Shown: positions 35,640 to 44,550 of the stretch, piece after piece
Layout: each line of letters begins with the position of its first letter
How positions within the stretch are numbered: the first letter of the stretch is position 1
Position numbers and translations under genes: made by a program
The notes under the pieces: generated by a model
The model's database searches: none
What the model was told of the DNA's origin: nothing
Seen by the model: only the letters and a program-made list of their open reading frames with translations
DNA from: a virus
DNA length: 64,000 nt
IMG/VR virus record: IMGVR_UViG_3300042888_001941
Span: 72,435 to 136,434 of that record
Strand: one strand, 5' to 3'

Positions 35640-37441
35640 AGTTTTCCTGCCTTATCGTCCTTGAGTAGTGATAGAAGCTTTTCTTTATCGCGAACAATTT
35701 GTTCAAAGTTATCAGCCTTAGTTTCGAGAACCTGAATAACACGTTCCTCAATAGTTCCATCAGTTACATAGTCTGTAACGATAATTGAGTCGTGAATTTC
35801 AGATCCAATTCTATGAACACGGTCAAGTGCTTGGCGATGATCAACTAGTGACCAAGGACGCTGCAGCATGATAAGACGACGAGCTGCAGTCAGTGTAATG
35901 CCAACACCGCCAGCCTGTGCTGTAAATAGAATCCATTTAATCTTGCCAGATTGAAAGTCGTCAACCGCTTGTTGGCGCTCATCTTCATCCTGCATTCCAG
36001 TGATGAGACCGTGCTCAATCTTTTCCTTAGTAAGCTCAGCGCTTAGCAAGTAAATTAGTTGACGTGATACTGCGCAAACGGCAACGGAGTCATCACCAAA
36101 GTCTCCAGCCTTCATGTCGTCAATAACTGCATCTACCTTTGCAGATGGCGCAATAAGTGATGTTGTGATTTCGCCCGTCTCTTCATCTACAGCCATTTCA
36201 GCGTATGAACTAGCGAACTGCAGTAGTCGAATAGTCTGAGTTAGCGGACTTGGAGCTGTTATAGCGTCGCCGTCTTCTAACTCGGCAATCATAAGATCGC
36301 GCATCTGGTTGTAAGCCTTTTGCTGTTTAGTGCTCATCTCAACATCGCGACGTTCAAACATCATTTCTGGGAGCCAAGGAAGTACCTTTGCCTTTAGCAT
36401 ACGACGCATTCTTGGGTTAAGTCCTTGATAGAACTCTTGTTCCATATGAGGCTTGATGCCTAGAACCATCATGCCGCCAAAGGCATTCAGCATAGTGTTA
36501 ACCATGCGTTCAATCCAACGTGTCTTGCTTGGCCACTCTTCAGGGCTAATCCAGTGAAGGATTGCCCATAGGTCAAGCACATTGTTTGCAATAGGTGTAC
36601 CAGTTAGCGCGTAACGAATATCAGCATTTCCAGTTGCAGCCCATAGCGCACGTGTCTGCTTAGATTTTGGCTCCTTAGAGCGGTGAATTTCATCTGCAAT
36701 TACTGCCCTAAAGTCGATCTTGTTAAGTTCTCGTATGTGAACCTCGCAACGATTCTCTGTAACCTTCTCATCGTGGCCGCCGCAGTCCTTGCAACGAGCA
36801 AGCGCAACTGACCCATAGGACGCTAATCGTGAGTGAGTGCGCAGTGATTCCCAGTTGATAACATAGATATCTGCATCTTCCTCGAACTGTTTACGGCGTT
36901 GAGCAGTAGATCCTTTGATAACCACCACCTTGCGACCTGGCCACCATCTGTCAAACTCACGCTTCCAGTTTTTCTTTAATGTATTAGGGCACACAATAAG
37001 CGCTGGGAAGATTTCTTCACCGCCATCTTGTAACCATTTAAGCGCACGAATTGCTTGAGCTGTTTTACCTAAACCAGGTTCATCTGCAAGTAAAGCTCTA
37101 CGGGCTGTTGCTAGAAACTTGACGCCCGCGCGTTGATGAGGGAACAGGTCCTCGTTGCCCTCTTCCAGGGCCTCGAGTTCACGAAGTTCGTTCGCTGGGG
37201 TAATACGTGTCGCCAATTCATTGGCCGCCCAGGACCCTAATCTAGGTCCTATAGTAAGGTCAGTTTTGAAGGTAGAACGTAGCGCTAGGCATGTTGCCCA
37301 ACTTGTAGGCACGGACCACAACTGCGCACCTGGGTCCCATTTAGCTCCAGGTATAGATTTGCAAAGTTCCTTAAAGCGCCACTCTGCATTTATAACTATG
37401 CGCTTGTTTGATTCGTCAAGCTCTACGGCTACTGCCACCAA
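35636..37441 (-). CDS. SNF2-family DNA helicase
   Basis: LLADEPGLGKT, DEIH, LTGTP, QAGGVGITL, QALDRVHRIG. Confidence 0.92.
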   Translation of the reverse strand: MVAVAVELDESNKRIVINAEWRFKELCKSIPGAKWDPGAQLWSVPTSWATCLALRSTFKTDLTIGPRLGSWAANELATRITPANELRELEALEEGNEDLFPHQRAGVKFLATARRALLADEPGLGKTAQAIRALKWLQDGGEEIFPALIVCPNTLKKNWKREFDRWWPGRKVVVIKGSTAQRRKQFEEDADIYVINWESLRTHSRLASYGSVALARCKDCGGHDEKVTENRCEVHIRELNKIDFRAVIADEIHRSKEPKSKQTRALWAATGNADIRYALTGTPIANNVLDLWAILHWISPEEWPSKTRWIERMVNTMLNAFGGMMVLGIKPHMEQEFYQGLNPRMRRMLKAKVLPWLPEMMFERRDVEMSTKQQKAYNQMRDLMIAELEDGDAITAPSPLTQTIRLLQFASSYAEMAVDEETGEITTSLIAPSAKVDAVIDDMKAGDFGDDSVAVCAVSRQLIYLLSAELTKEKIEHGLITGMQDEDERQQAVDDFQSGKIKWILFTAQAGGVGITLTAARRLIMLQRPWSLVDHRQALDRVHRIGSEIHDSIIVTDYVTDGTIEERVIQVLETKADNFEQIVRDKEKLLSLLKDDKAGKL

Positions 37442-37466
37442 TCAATCCTTTCGTCGTTATGTATAC

Positions 37467-37483
37467 ATACTAACACGCTTTTA
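37467..37483 (-). promoter_or_regulatory. Promoter-like motif TAAAAGCGTGTTAGTAT
   Basis: Resembles the AAACG(C/T)G-N-TA(T/G)AAT family; sits upstream of the helicase gene. Confidence 0.5.
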
Positions 37484-37520
37484 CAAAAAAGAAACTACAT
37501 TTTGACCTAGTAAGTGGTTT

Positions 37521-37973
37521 TTATTGAAGTAGGCGTAATGGCTTCCAACCTACCTTTACACAGCGGAGTAGCCCATGGCGTATCGCATCAAGTGCGTGGC
37601 CTTCGCCACCACGGTGCCAATACTCTAGTTTCTTTAGTTTTGGATTATCAAACATTGCCTTAGCGTCTGCAGGAGATTGAAAGTAGATGTCATCTGCCTT
37701 TCTCCCTGCGTCCATAAGACACTGCTTGAGAATACCAATCTGCTCCAGTGAGTAAGGCGCCTGTGAGTTTTTTACCGTCTGCATGTTGATGGTAAATCTT
37801 TCACAGACAACCTCAGCCTCAGGATAAAGACTTAGTGTTTCACGAATAGGTTTGGCGTACTCGTCTTGCTGGTATTCTCCAGACCAAAGCATCACTGGCT
37901 CTTGCCCTTGCTCAAGCGAGAACAAAGCCATTCCTGTCGCCTTACCTGGGTCTACTGATAGTACGTATTTCAT
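37521..37973 (-). CDS. RuvC-like Holliday junction resolvase
   Basis: VLSVDPGKATG, VVCERF, HALDAIRH. Confidence 0.75.
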   Translation of the reverse strand: MKYVLSVDPGKATGMALFSLEQGQEPVMLWSGEYQQDEYAKPIRETLSLYPEAEVVCERFTINMQTVKNSQAPYSLEQIGILKQCLMDAGRKADDIYFQSPADAKAMFDNPKLKKLEYWHRGGEGHALDAIRHGLLRCVKVGWKPLRLLQ

Positions 37974-39796
37974 CGGTATTTTTCGCCCCAGTTCTCCATA
38001 GGTCCGTCGATTCCAGATGTAAGTGGGACTTCCCAGCCTTCTCTAGTAGTCATGCATTCTTGCACAACCTTCATAATCTCTTGCGCGTCCTTACGCGGAG
38101 CATTCAACACAATTTCGTCGTGTACAGGAACGATAAGAAGTTCGGTTAAATCTGCCTGGTCGAGTTTAATCAAATTAGACTTAAAGACTTCAGCCGCGCC
38201 TCCTTGAATTAAGTAATTCACAAGCGTGTAAGCTCTATCTTCATCGCAAGGAAGCCTACGGCCTGTCCATGTGTAGACGTATCCTTGTCCTTCTTGCCTA
38301 AAACGTCTAACGCCTGCGTCTTCAATTTGCTTTTGGAAGAACGCCATTCCAGGGAATCTCATATCAAACGCATCTGATACCGTGCGCATCTGAGGCTCAG
38401 CAACGCCTGCAGTTAACGCTTGCTTTGCAACGCCTGCGCCATAGAGTCGTCCGTAGACAGTTCCTTTAATAAGATTACGGCGCTTATCTGAGCGCTGCAT
38501 CGTTGGGTCATTGTAGATCTCGCGTCCAATCTCGGTAAACGGATCTGAGCCTGTAGCATCTGCGCGATTAAACAACGTGATGAGATTCTGGTCACCAGAC
38601 AGAGATGCGAACATACGGAACTCAACCTGGTCAAGGTCCGAGGTAATAATGACGTGGTCTTCATCCTTAGGTATAAACGCTGTGCGAACAGTGTCATCAC
38701 CCTTAGGCAGTGTCTGCAGCGCTGGGTTTTGTATAGACATACGTGACGTACGAGCGCCAAGAGTCTTGACAGATGGGTGAACAAACCCATTCACATTGTC
38801 GTTAATAAAGTTAGCAAAGTAGGTATTGGCAAGTTTATCTGCCTTACGCTGCTTAAGAACAACCTCGGCTAGAGCCTTTACCTCATCATTTCCTGTAATT
38901 GAAAGTAACTTAAGTTGATCCTTAGATGCAGACTTCTGTCCTGAAGGTGTAAATTCAAAGATCTCTCCGCCAAGAGATTCAAACAACCGCACCAATTGAA
39001 TGTTACTTGAGATTGATACGCCGTTATACTTTTCCTTTGCCCAGCCTTTAACAGACTCAGCATAGGCGGTTAGCTCATCAAACTTACGCTTAGAGTAATC
39101 TAGGTCAATACGAGCGCCATTGATTTCCATACGAGTAACAATGCGGCGTGCTGCCATTTCCAATTCATACGCCTTGTTGTACGGTCCTCCTGGGCCACAC
39201 TTTTCCCAGAACATTTCCCACAGACGCATTGTAAGAACGCAGTCGAGTGCGCCGTACGCCCAGTACGGTTGGAAGTTAGTAGGAACAGTTCCCCACGTCC
39301 AGCCATTTTCAATAAGTGAAATATCAAGTGATTCCTGCAATGCAACTGCACGACCATCAACGTGTAATGCAGCAAGACGTTTTAGCGCCCCAGACCCAAG
39401 CGGATCAATGATGTGCGCCATAATCATAGTGTCATGCGCACGGTGCCAAGGCAGTTTCCAATCTGACTGAATATCAAACCAGCGAGCTTCAAACGCAATG
39501 TTGTGGCAGACTATAGGTCCATCAAAGCGCTCCATTGCCTCATAGAACACGCCTTTCCACTGGTCCCATGGAATCGACCAACCTTGCTCTGCATCGCCCA
39601 CCTGGACCAAACGTAGGCGTCCATGCCATGGTGATAGCGCATGGTCACGTGGGTTACCAGGCAACTCACCAGTTTCAGTGTCGATTGCGATAGCGTTATG
39701 TGGACGGCGTTGGCCAATCCACTCAAGAAACGCTTGAGCTTTTTCAACGCTGTCAACAAGGTGAAGTTGAACGTCCTGCATGCCTTTAGTTGTCAT
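37970..39796 (-). CDS. polA: DNA polymerase, family A (3'-5' exonuclease plus polymerase)
   Basis: Exo DTET, HNIAFE, YGALD; motif A DLDQVEFR; motif B R..IKGTVYGRLYG; motif C VHDE. Confidence 0.95.
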   Translation of the reverse strand: MTTKGMQDVQLHLVDSVEKAQAFLEWIGQRRPHNAIAIDTETGELPGNPRDHALSPWHGRLRLVQVGDAEQGWSIPWDQWKGVFYEAMERFDGPIVCHNIAFEARWFDIQSDWKLPWHRAHDTMIMAHIIDPLGSGALKRLAALHVDGRAVALQESLDISLIENGWTWGTVPTNFQPYWAYGALDCVLTMRLWEMFWEKCGPGGPYNKAYELEMAARRIVTRMEINGARIDLDYSKRKFDELTAYAESVKGWAKEKYNGVSISSNIQLVRLFESLGGEIFEFTPSGQKSASKDQLKLLSITGNDEVKALAEVVLKQRKADKLANTYFANFINDNVNGFVHPSVKTLGARTSRMSIQNPALQTLPKGDDTVRTAFIPKDEDHVIITSDLDQVEFRMFASLSGDQNLITLFNRADATGSDPFTEIGREIYNDPTMQRSDKRRNLIKGTVYGRLYGAGVAKQALTAGVAEPQMRTVSDAFDMRFPGMAFFQKQIEDAGVRRFRQEGQGYVYTWTGRRLPCDEDRAYTLVNYLIQGGAAEVFKSNLIKLDQADLTELLIVPVHDEIVLNAPRKDAQEIMKVVQECMTTREGWEVPLTSGIDGPMENWGEKYR

Positions 39797-40265
39797 TCAA
39801 GTCCTTAAATATCGTTACATCAATTTCACATTTGGCGAAATACTCAACTGTGGCCTCTGGGTTTCTATGAGCTGCAATCGTGCTAACACGCATAACAACT
39901 TTAGATACTCCAGAGTTAGAAATCAGCTTTGCGCATTGAATGCACGCTGCGTCGGTAATATACACTGTCCCGCCCTCAACTCGTGAGCGATCTACGTAGA
40001 GAAGCGCATTTGCCTCTGCATGAATAGATGGGCAAGAATCGTAAACGTTATCCAGAGGAGTTTCACCGCGAGCACGAGCGCACCAGTTCATGCACTCGCC
40101 TTCCGCAGGAAACGTAGCAGCAGGACCGTTGTATCCCGTTGAGCTAATACGTTGATCCTTTGAGACTACAACCGCACCTATTTGAGCGCGGCTACAACGA
40201 GATCTAAGAGCTACTGTATCTGCGACAGTCATCCACACCTCGTCCCATGATGGACGATTACTCAT
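39786..40265 (-). CDS. dCMP deaminase
   Basis: RPSWDE...RSRC....GAV...GYNG...HAEANAL...CIQC. Confidence 0.92.
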   Translation of the reverse strand: MSNRPSWDEVWMTVADTVALRSRCSRAQIGAVVVSKDQRISSTGYNGPAATFPAEGECMNWCARARGETPLDNVYDSCPSIHAEANALLYVDRSRVEGGTVYITDAACIQCAKLISNSGVSKVVMRVSTIAAHRNPEATVEYFAKCEIDVTIFKDLNDN

Positions 40266-40440
40266 TCATACCTCGAAACAGCGAGTGCTTCATTGCCTCG
40301 GAGACAAGAAACATAGCTTCCCTACGAGAAAATCCAGCAGTCTTTAACTCTTCATACATAACGTGAAGAGTAATGGAAGCCTCACGTAAAGGAGAAAGAT
40401 AGAGTTCTTCTGCCTTTTCATGTTCTTCCTTACTTGCCAT
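40258..40440 (-). CDS. Small hypothetical protein
   Basis: ATG at 40440 after a GGAG RBS; LHVMYEELKTAGFSRREA. Confidence 0.6.
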   Translation of the reverse strand: MASKEEHEKAEELYLSPLREASITLHVMYEELKTAGFSRREAMFLVSEAMKHSLFRGMNE

Positions 40441-41302
40441 TTTCTTTCTCCTCGTTCTTTTCAATAGCACGAATCATTGCGTTTGCGTACCACTGCTCAA
40501 ACGGATGTAGATTAAAGAGTAGAGTCTTTTCCTGCTTGTGAATAGCAGCTGTAAGAGCTCCTTCAGCACGTCGTTGTACCTGTTCCCAGCTAAGTCCAGT
40601 AATAGGTGGAATGTCCTCATACGGCTCAGTTGTATGCTTTAGGTTTTCAGCCGCGTCGTAATGCTGTTCATAGATATGAAGAGATCCAACGTGATGAGCG
40701 TACGTGCCTGCTTGAATTCCTAGAACAGATGCCATAGCAATCTGAACACGCGTAAACTGGAAGAAGTCGTATGCAGCTCCTAGCCATACATCGTTTGAGC
40801 GCATGTAAACACTCATGTTAAGTTTATTGTCACGGATACGGAACTGATGCAAGATTGTACACGGGTAATCGCGCTTACTTGGCAAAAGATCAAGTACTGG
40901 ATCCCAGATGGTAACAACCGCTTGTCGTGTATCTGGGTCTGCTTTTAATCGCTCAATAACAGGACCGTACTGGTCAATAGTACGTGAACCGTACGCACCA
41001 TGGAATAGTCCATTGTCCTCTGCGTAGTTCTTAAACATTGGACCTACTGCCATAACAAGCTTAGGCGTTGTTGCGCCTGCAAGTAGCTGACATGCTTCAA
41101 CCGCACCAATACCAGGAACAGTTCCGCGGTTAACACCTAGTGGTAGTGTGTCATGCACATTCTCAATGCGAATTATTGCGTCCTCAATCTCACGGGTCTT
41201 CATACCGCGAGGAGCAGCCTCTTTACCGTGCTTAAGAACGTGCTGAACAAGGTCAACATAGCCGTTAACTCCGTCAGGAATGTTAATTATTGCAGTATCC
41301 AT
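40430..41302 (-). CDS. Thymidylate synthase homologue, predicted dCMP (hydroxy)methylase
   Basis: PRG..TRE, GAYG.R, DTRQA, catalytic PC (C148), MRSND..LG..YD with Asp179 where ThyA has Asn, SLHIY. Confidence 0.8.
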   Translation of the reverse strand: MDTAIINIPDGVNGYVDLVQHVLKHGKEAAPRGMKTREIEDAIIRIENVHDTLPLGVNRGTVPGIGAVEACQLLAGATTPKLVMAVGPMFKNYAEDNGLFHGAYGSRTIDQYGPVIERLKADPDTRQAVVTIWDPVLDLLPSKRDYPCTILHQFRIRDNKLNMSVYMRSNDVWLGAAYDFFQFTRVQIAMASVLGIQAGTYAHHVGSLHIYEQHYDAAENLKHTTEPYEDIPPITGLSWEQVQRRAEGALTAAIHKQEKTLLFNLHPFEQWYANAMIRAIEKNEEKENGK

Positions 41303-42309
41303 GGATCATCCTCTTTCAGTTTGTTATCGGCGCTTTGTTGTATTGCTTGTCCATACTCTAGACTGTTCTTGTAATTAAATCGTCGTACGTGTTGCGGGTG
41401 CGGCAGTACATCATACTCGCTTGCAGGAATTCCAGCCGCCATGATTCCTTTTTCGGCGTTTCGTCCTAAGGCAACAACACGTGGTGACCCAAGGTCTTCC
41501 CAGAGATCATACAGATCATCAATGTCAATATCTGCTACGTTAACAATTCCACACTTGGGCCATAGCTCTGTAGGAAGAGCGCTGAGTAGAAAATCACCGG
41601 AGTTATTATCAACAGGCATGAATGGAAGCTTAGTTTCCTCGCCGTACTCCTCAAGGATATTGCGCTTATCTCCAACAAGCAAAACCTTAGGTGTAGGGCT
41701 TCCAATATACGTAGGATACTTTGTAAGAATAGGTTGAACTAGCCCAGACATTGCCTCAGCAACGTCAACAATATGTTTGGCAAGCTCTGGAACACTATCA
41801 AGGCTGTCGGCTGGAGGAGTAAGACGCTCGGTTAAACTTACTGACACGGCTGACGCAATAGAGTAGTTCTCAAGGATTTCCTTAAGGTCACTTACCTTTA
41901 CGAACTCGTCACCGCGAGATTCTAGACGACGCTGAATAACATCAAGAGGTTGATACAACCAAAAGGAGGCAACTCCACGAGACATGAGAAAGAGTTCAAC
42001 CCAACGCCAACCAGCTTTACCTAGTAGACCAAAGCCGTCGGTGTTTGTGAGAGGACGGTACTTAGGAGCGTACGTTATTTCGCCCCAGTGCCAGCGGTCT
42101 GACAGACCATTGCAATCTTGTGAAAAGTTAATGTGCTCTACACTATTAACGTAATCCTTAAGGACCCAACGGCGTGTCTCTTCAAGCGGACGACCTTTGT
42201 GAAACTGCATGAAGTGCTTATCGGGGTGACGCCGTTTGATTTCATTGGCAACTGCCTCAATAAGCGAGGTTTTACCAGATGCGTCGGTTCCTTCTATAAC
42301 TATAAACAT
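41287..42309 (-). CDS. dNMP (thymidylate-like) kinase fused to a UDG-like domain
   Basis: IEGTDASGKT P-loop, DRWHWGE..Y, RLESRGD. C-terminal VLLVGD..N...PF...SG..L...N...VVALG..A...LPHPQ. Confidence 0.75.
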   Translation of the reverse strand: MFIVIEGTDASGKTSLIEAVANEIKRRHPDKHFMQFHKGRPLEETRRWVLKDYVNSVEHINFSQDCNGLSDRWHWGEITYAPKYRPLTNTDGFGLLGKAGWRWVELFLMSRGVASFWLYQPLDVIQRRLESRGDEFVKVSDLKEILENYSIASAVSVSLTERLTPPADSLDSVPELAKHIVDVAEAMSGLVQPILTKYPTYIGSPTPKVLLVGDKRNILEEYGEETKLPFMPVDNNSGDFLLSALPTELWPKCGIVNVADIDIDDLYDLWEDLGSPRVVALGRNAEKGIMAAGIPASEYDVLPHPQHVRRFNYKNSLEYGQAIQQSADNKLKEDDPWILQ

Positions 42310-42357
42310 TTGCGTCCTTTGTCATGTGTCGTGAAATTATATTACGTAAAGTGCGAT

Positions 42358-42828
42358 TTAGGGTATAAGCTCTACCTTATAAATAGACTCAATTCCTTTA
42401 TCAAGTTCTGCCGCATCTTGTAGAAGACGCTCGGCAACCTTAGTTAGATAGCGTGCGCCACCTTGGTCGTACTTGTACAGAGCCTCAAGCACTGCATTTG
42501 GATCTTCACTTACTTGCGCCCAGTAACGATACTTCTCAGGGAAAACCATCACCGCACTTTTTGAAGCATTGCATTCTTCACAAGGAACAGCGTCATCTGT
42601 AAGCTCAGTTGCATTTACCTCGCTAAGACCATAGCGCTTTACGAGAGGGCAGGCAGCTCCGTGGAAGATAACTGATACACCTACGCGAGAAAGAATGTAT
42701 GAACCATTCTCTGTCTTGTAAAGTTCAAACTCAATCCAGCGTGTTGATCCACGACGCCATGATGAAGATTCACTTAGGAGACGCCCGTTGAACTGCAGAG
42801 TCCTGGCGCTATCCTTAACTTCAAACAC
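42358..42828 (-). CDS. Hypothetical protein
   Basis: GTG start coupled to the upstream stop; RW.E.ELYKTENG.Y; His/Cys cluster. Confidence 0.65.
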   Translation of the reverse strand: MFEVKDSARTLQFNGRLLSESSSWRRGSTRWIEFELYKTENGSYILSRVGVSVIFHGAACPLVKRYGLSEVNATELTDDAVPCEECNASKSAVMVFPEKYRYWAQVSEDPNAVLEALYKYDQGGARYLTKVAERLLQDAAELDKGIESIYKVELIP

Positions 42829-43004
42829 TATTTTGTCTCTCCCTGTCGAACGTCCTGGTTGACTATATCGTTTACTTCCATGAGCTGAGTTAGATCCGCG
42901 CGGAGAGACGCGATGGTAGCCTCGTACTGCATAACAAGCTCACCAATGCGCTGTTGAAGGGCAATGATGACAAGTTCGTTCTTCGTCTTTGGGGCTTCAA
43001 ACAT
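42828..43004 (-). CDS. 58-aa coiled-coil protein missing from the ORF track
   Basis: Translated by hand as MFEAPKTKNELVIIALQQRIGELVMQYEATIASLRADLTQLMEVNDIVNQDVRQGETK*; fills the gap exactly and its TAG overlaps the next GTG. Confidence 0.7.
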   Translation of the reverse strand: MFEAPKTKNELVIIALQQRIGELVMQYEATIASLRADLTQLMEVNDIVNQDVRQGETK

Positions 43005-43006
43005 GG

Positions 43007-43231
43007 CTATTCCGTTAGGGCAGCGCGTTGAGCCTCTAGGGCAGCAATCTGAGCTTCAGCCGTGGCAATAGTGTCATTGGCTCTTTCAATGTTATACGCA
43101 CTTGGAGACGCGGATGCATTTTCTTCAATAATAGTCAGCTCAGCGTTGTACTTATTGAACATCGCATTCTTGATGTGGGACTCAATAACGCCGATCTTTT
43201 CTTCGTTGCTTAAGCCAATCTCAGTCATCAT
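43007..43231 (-). CDS. Small coiled-coil protein
   Basis: AAGGAG RBS; LSNEEK..VI..HI.....YN.EL...EE. Confidence 0.7.
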   Translation of the reverse strand: MMTEIGLSNEEKIGVIESHIKNAMFNKYNAELTIIEENASASPSAYNIERANDTIATAEAQIAALEAQRAALTE

Positions 43232-43299
43232 TTCTCCTTGCGTCTATTTAACGTCCTTGTAACGCTAAATTGTATCTTACATCTTGACTATTTGTATGT

Positions 43300-43316
43300 A
43301 TTCTAACACGTTTCTT
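43300..43316 (-). promoter_or_regulatory. Promoter-like motif AAGAAACGTGTTAGAAT
   Basis: Same family as 17091 and 21219, on the minus strand, upstream of the modification/replication genes. Confidence 0.55.
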
Positions 43317-43369
43317 TTTGCCAATAAAGTGTCTTTGGCTCCTGTGTGCCGCAGGCTTTATCCCTGTAA

Positions 43370-43960
43370 TTATGCTACTGTATTAAATGCACTATTCCAG
43401 TTTTCTTCTGTCATCTCGTTTCTAATCACTGACAGGTACGACGGGCCTTTAGTAAAGTACCAGTGCTCAGGCTCGGCAAAATGAAAAAATATCATTGCAA
43501 CGTGATTTTCTTTAGGATTGGGAAAGTCTTCTCTCCAGTGCATTTGGTCGTTTCCATAGTAGGCAAGAGCCTGATTTGGATGAAGAGTATACGCTTTATT
43601 TTCTACCCATAGGTCCCACGGGTTCTTTTGATAGACGCACATGTCGATAGTGTAGGTACACGCGTTATCGTCCTTGTGCTTGTACAGACTTGCGCTTTCC
43701 CCCTCGTAGTGAGAAAAAAGAGTGTAAGTAGGCATGAGGTTTTCACTACCAAAAGTGGATCTAGCTAAAGGAATAAGCTTTGTAGTGTACTCCTTTAGTT
43801 CTTCCATCGTGTTGTCTGCAACAACATATCTAGAAAATCCTTGCTGATACTCAAAAGATTTATAGTCTGAGAACAGTGACTTTAGACTGTTAAAGTCGTC
43901 TTGATTAAAGACGTCATTTAAGACAGCAGGTTCTTTTACAAAAGTCACTATTCCCACCAA
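43370..43960 (-). CDS. 2OG-Fe(II) oxygenase-like protein (probable start GTG 43948)
   Basis: LYKHKD (HxD), HWRE, MIFFHF. Confidence 0.7.
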   Translation of the reverse strand: MVGIVTFVKEPAVLNDVFNQDDFNSLKSLFSDYKSFEYQQGFSRYVVADNTMEELKEYTTKLIPLARSTFGSENLMPTYTLFSHYEGESASLYKHKDDNACTYTIDMCVYQKNPWDLWVENKAYTLHPNQALAYYGNDQMHWREDFPNPKENHVAMIFFHFAEPEHWYFTKGPSYLSVIRNEMTEENWNSAFNTVA

Positions 43961-44547
43961 CCAACAATTGCGTACCTTGTCCCGCTAACAACTGGATGAA
44001 CTGTATGAGTATACACGTAGTTAGAAGGGAACATAATCATTTGATCCGCAACTGGTTTTATCTTTAGATTAAAGTTAACAAATTCTATTTCGCCACCTTC
44101 GTAATCTTCATTTAGATAGTAGCTCATGGATAAAGTTCTAGGGTACTGTTTCGAGTCATCATAGTGCTTTACGAAGTGATTATCTTTTCCATACTTTAAA
44201 AGTTGCCAACCTTCGTTTATCGTCCAGTGATGCGCCGAGTACAGAGACCTGTAGTCATCTACAGTTGGCAGTAGTTTTTCATCTATTTTTGCAGAAAGTT
44301 CTGTAAACACGCTCGGATTATTTTTGAACTCTGGGTGCTTATCGTACGATGGCAATGATATTGCAAAGCAGTCTCTGGCGCTTTTATTCACCATGCTGTC
44401 ACCGTCAGCGCCGTCCGACTGTGAGGCTTGATACCAGCTAAGTTTCTTTTCAGCTACAAGATTTTCAATGTACGCAATTAGCCCTAAGGAGTCTCCCGTC
44501 ACATTCGTATAAGAAATTATTCCTGGAGCTAGTTCTTCTCTACTCAT
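43948..44547 (-). CDS. Prolyl-4-hydroxylase-like 2OG-Fe(II) oxygenase
   Basis: LLKY...F..HYD, YLNEDYEGGE..F, FPSN..Y.H.V.PV.SGTRY. Confidence 0.88.
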   Translation of the reverse strand: MSREELAPGIISYTNVTGDSLGLIAYIENLVAEKKLSWYQASQSDGADGDSMVNKSARDCFAISLPSYDKHPEFKNNPSVFTELSAKIDEKLLPTVDDYRSLYSAHHWTINEGWQLLKYGKDNHFVKHYDDSKQYPRTLSMSYYLNEDYEGGEIEFVNFNLKIKPVADQMIMFPSNYVYTHTVHPVVSGTRYAIVGWWE

Positions 44548-44550
44548 AAC

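Noticed and set aside
35636-39796. Intein or intron in the helicase or polymerase
   Set aside because: Both have normal lengths and continuous motifs. The helicase has only a short Cys/His insert (CKDC...CEVH) with no splicing motifs.
40430-41302. Annotation as canonical thyA
   Set aside because: It has Asp rather than Asn at the specificity position and sits in a modification-gene context.
43370-44547. TET/JBP-type DNA base oxygenases
   Set aside because: The motifs match P4H-like and related small phage oxygenases, and the genes sit at the end of the tail module. Kept only as an alternative hypothesis.
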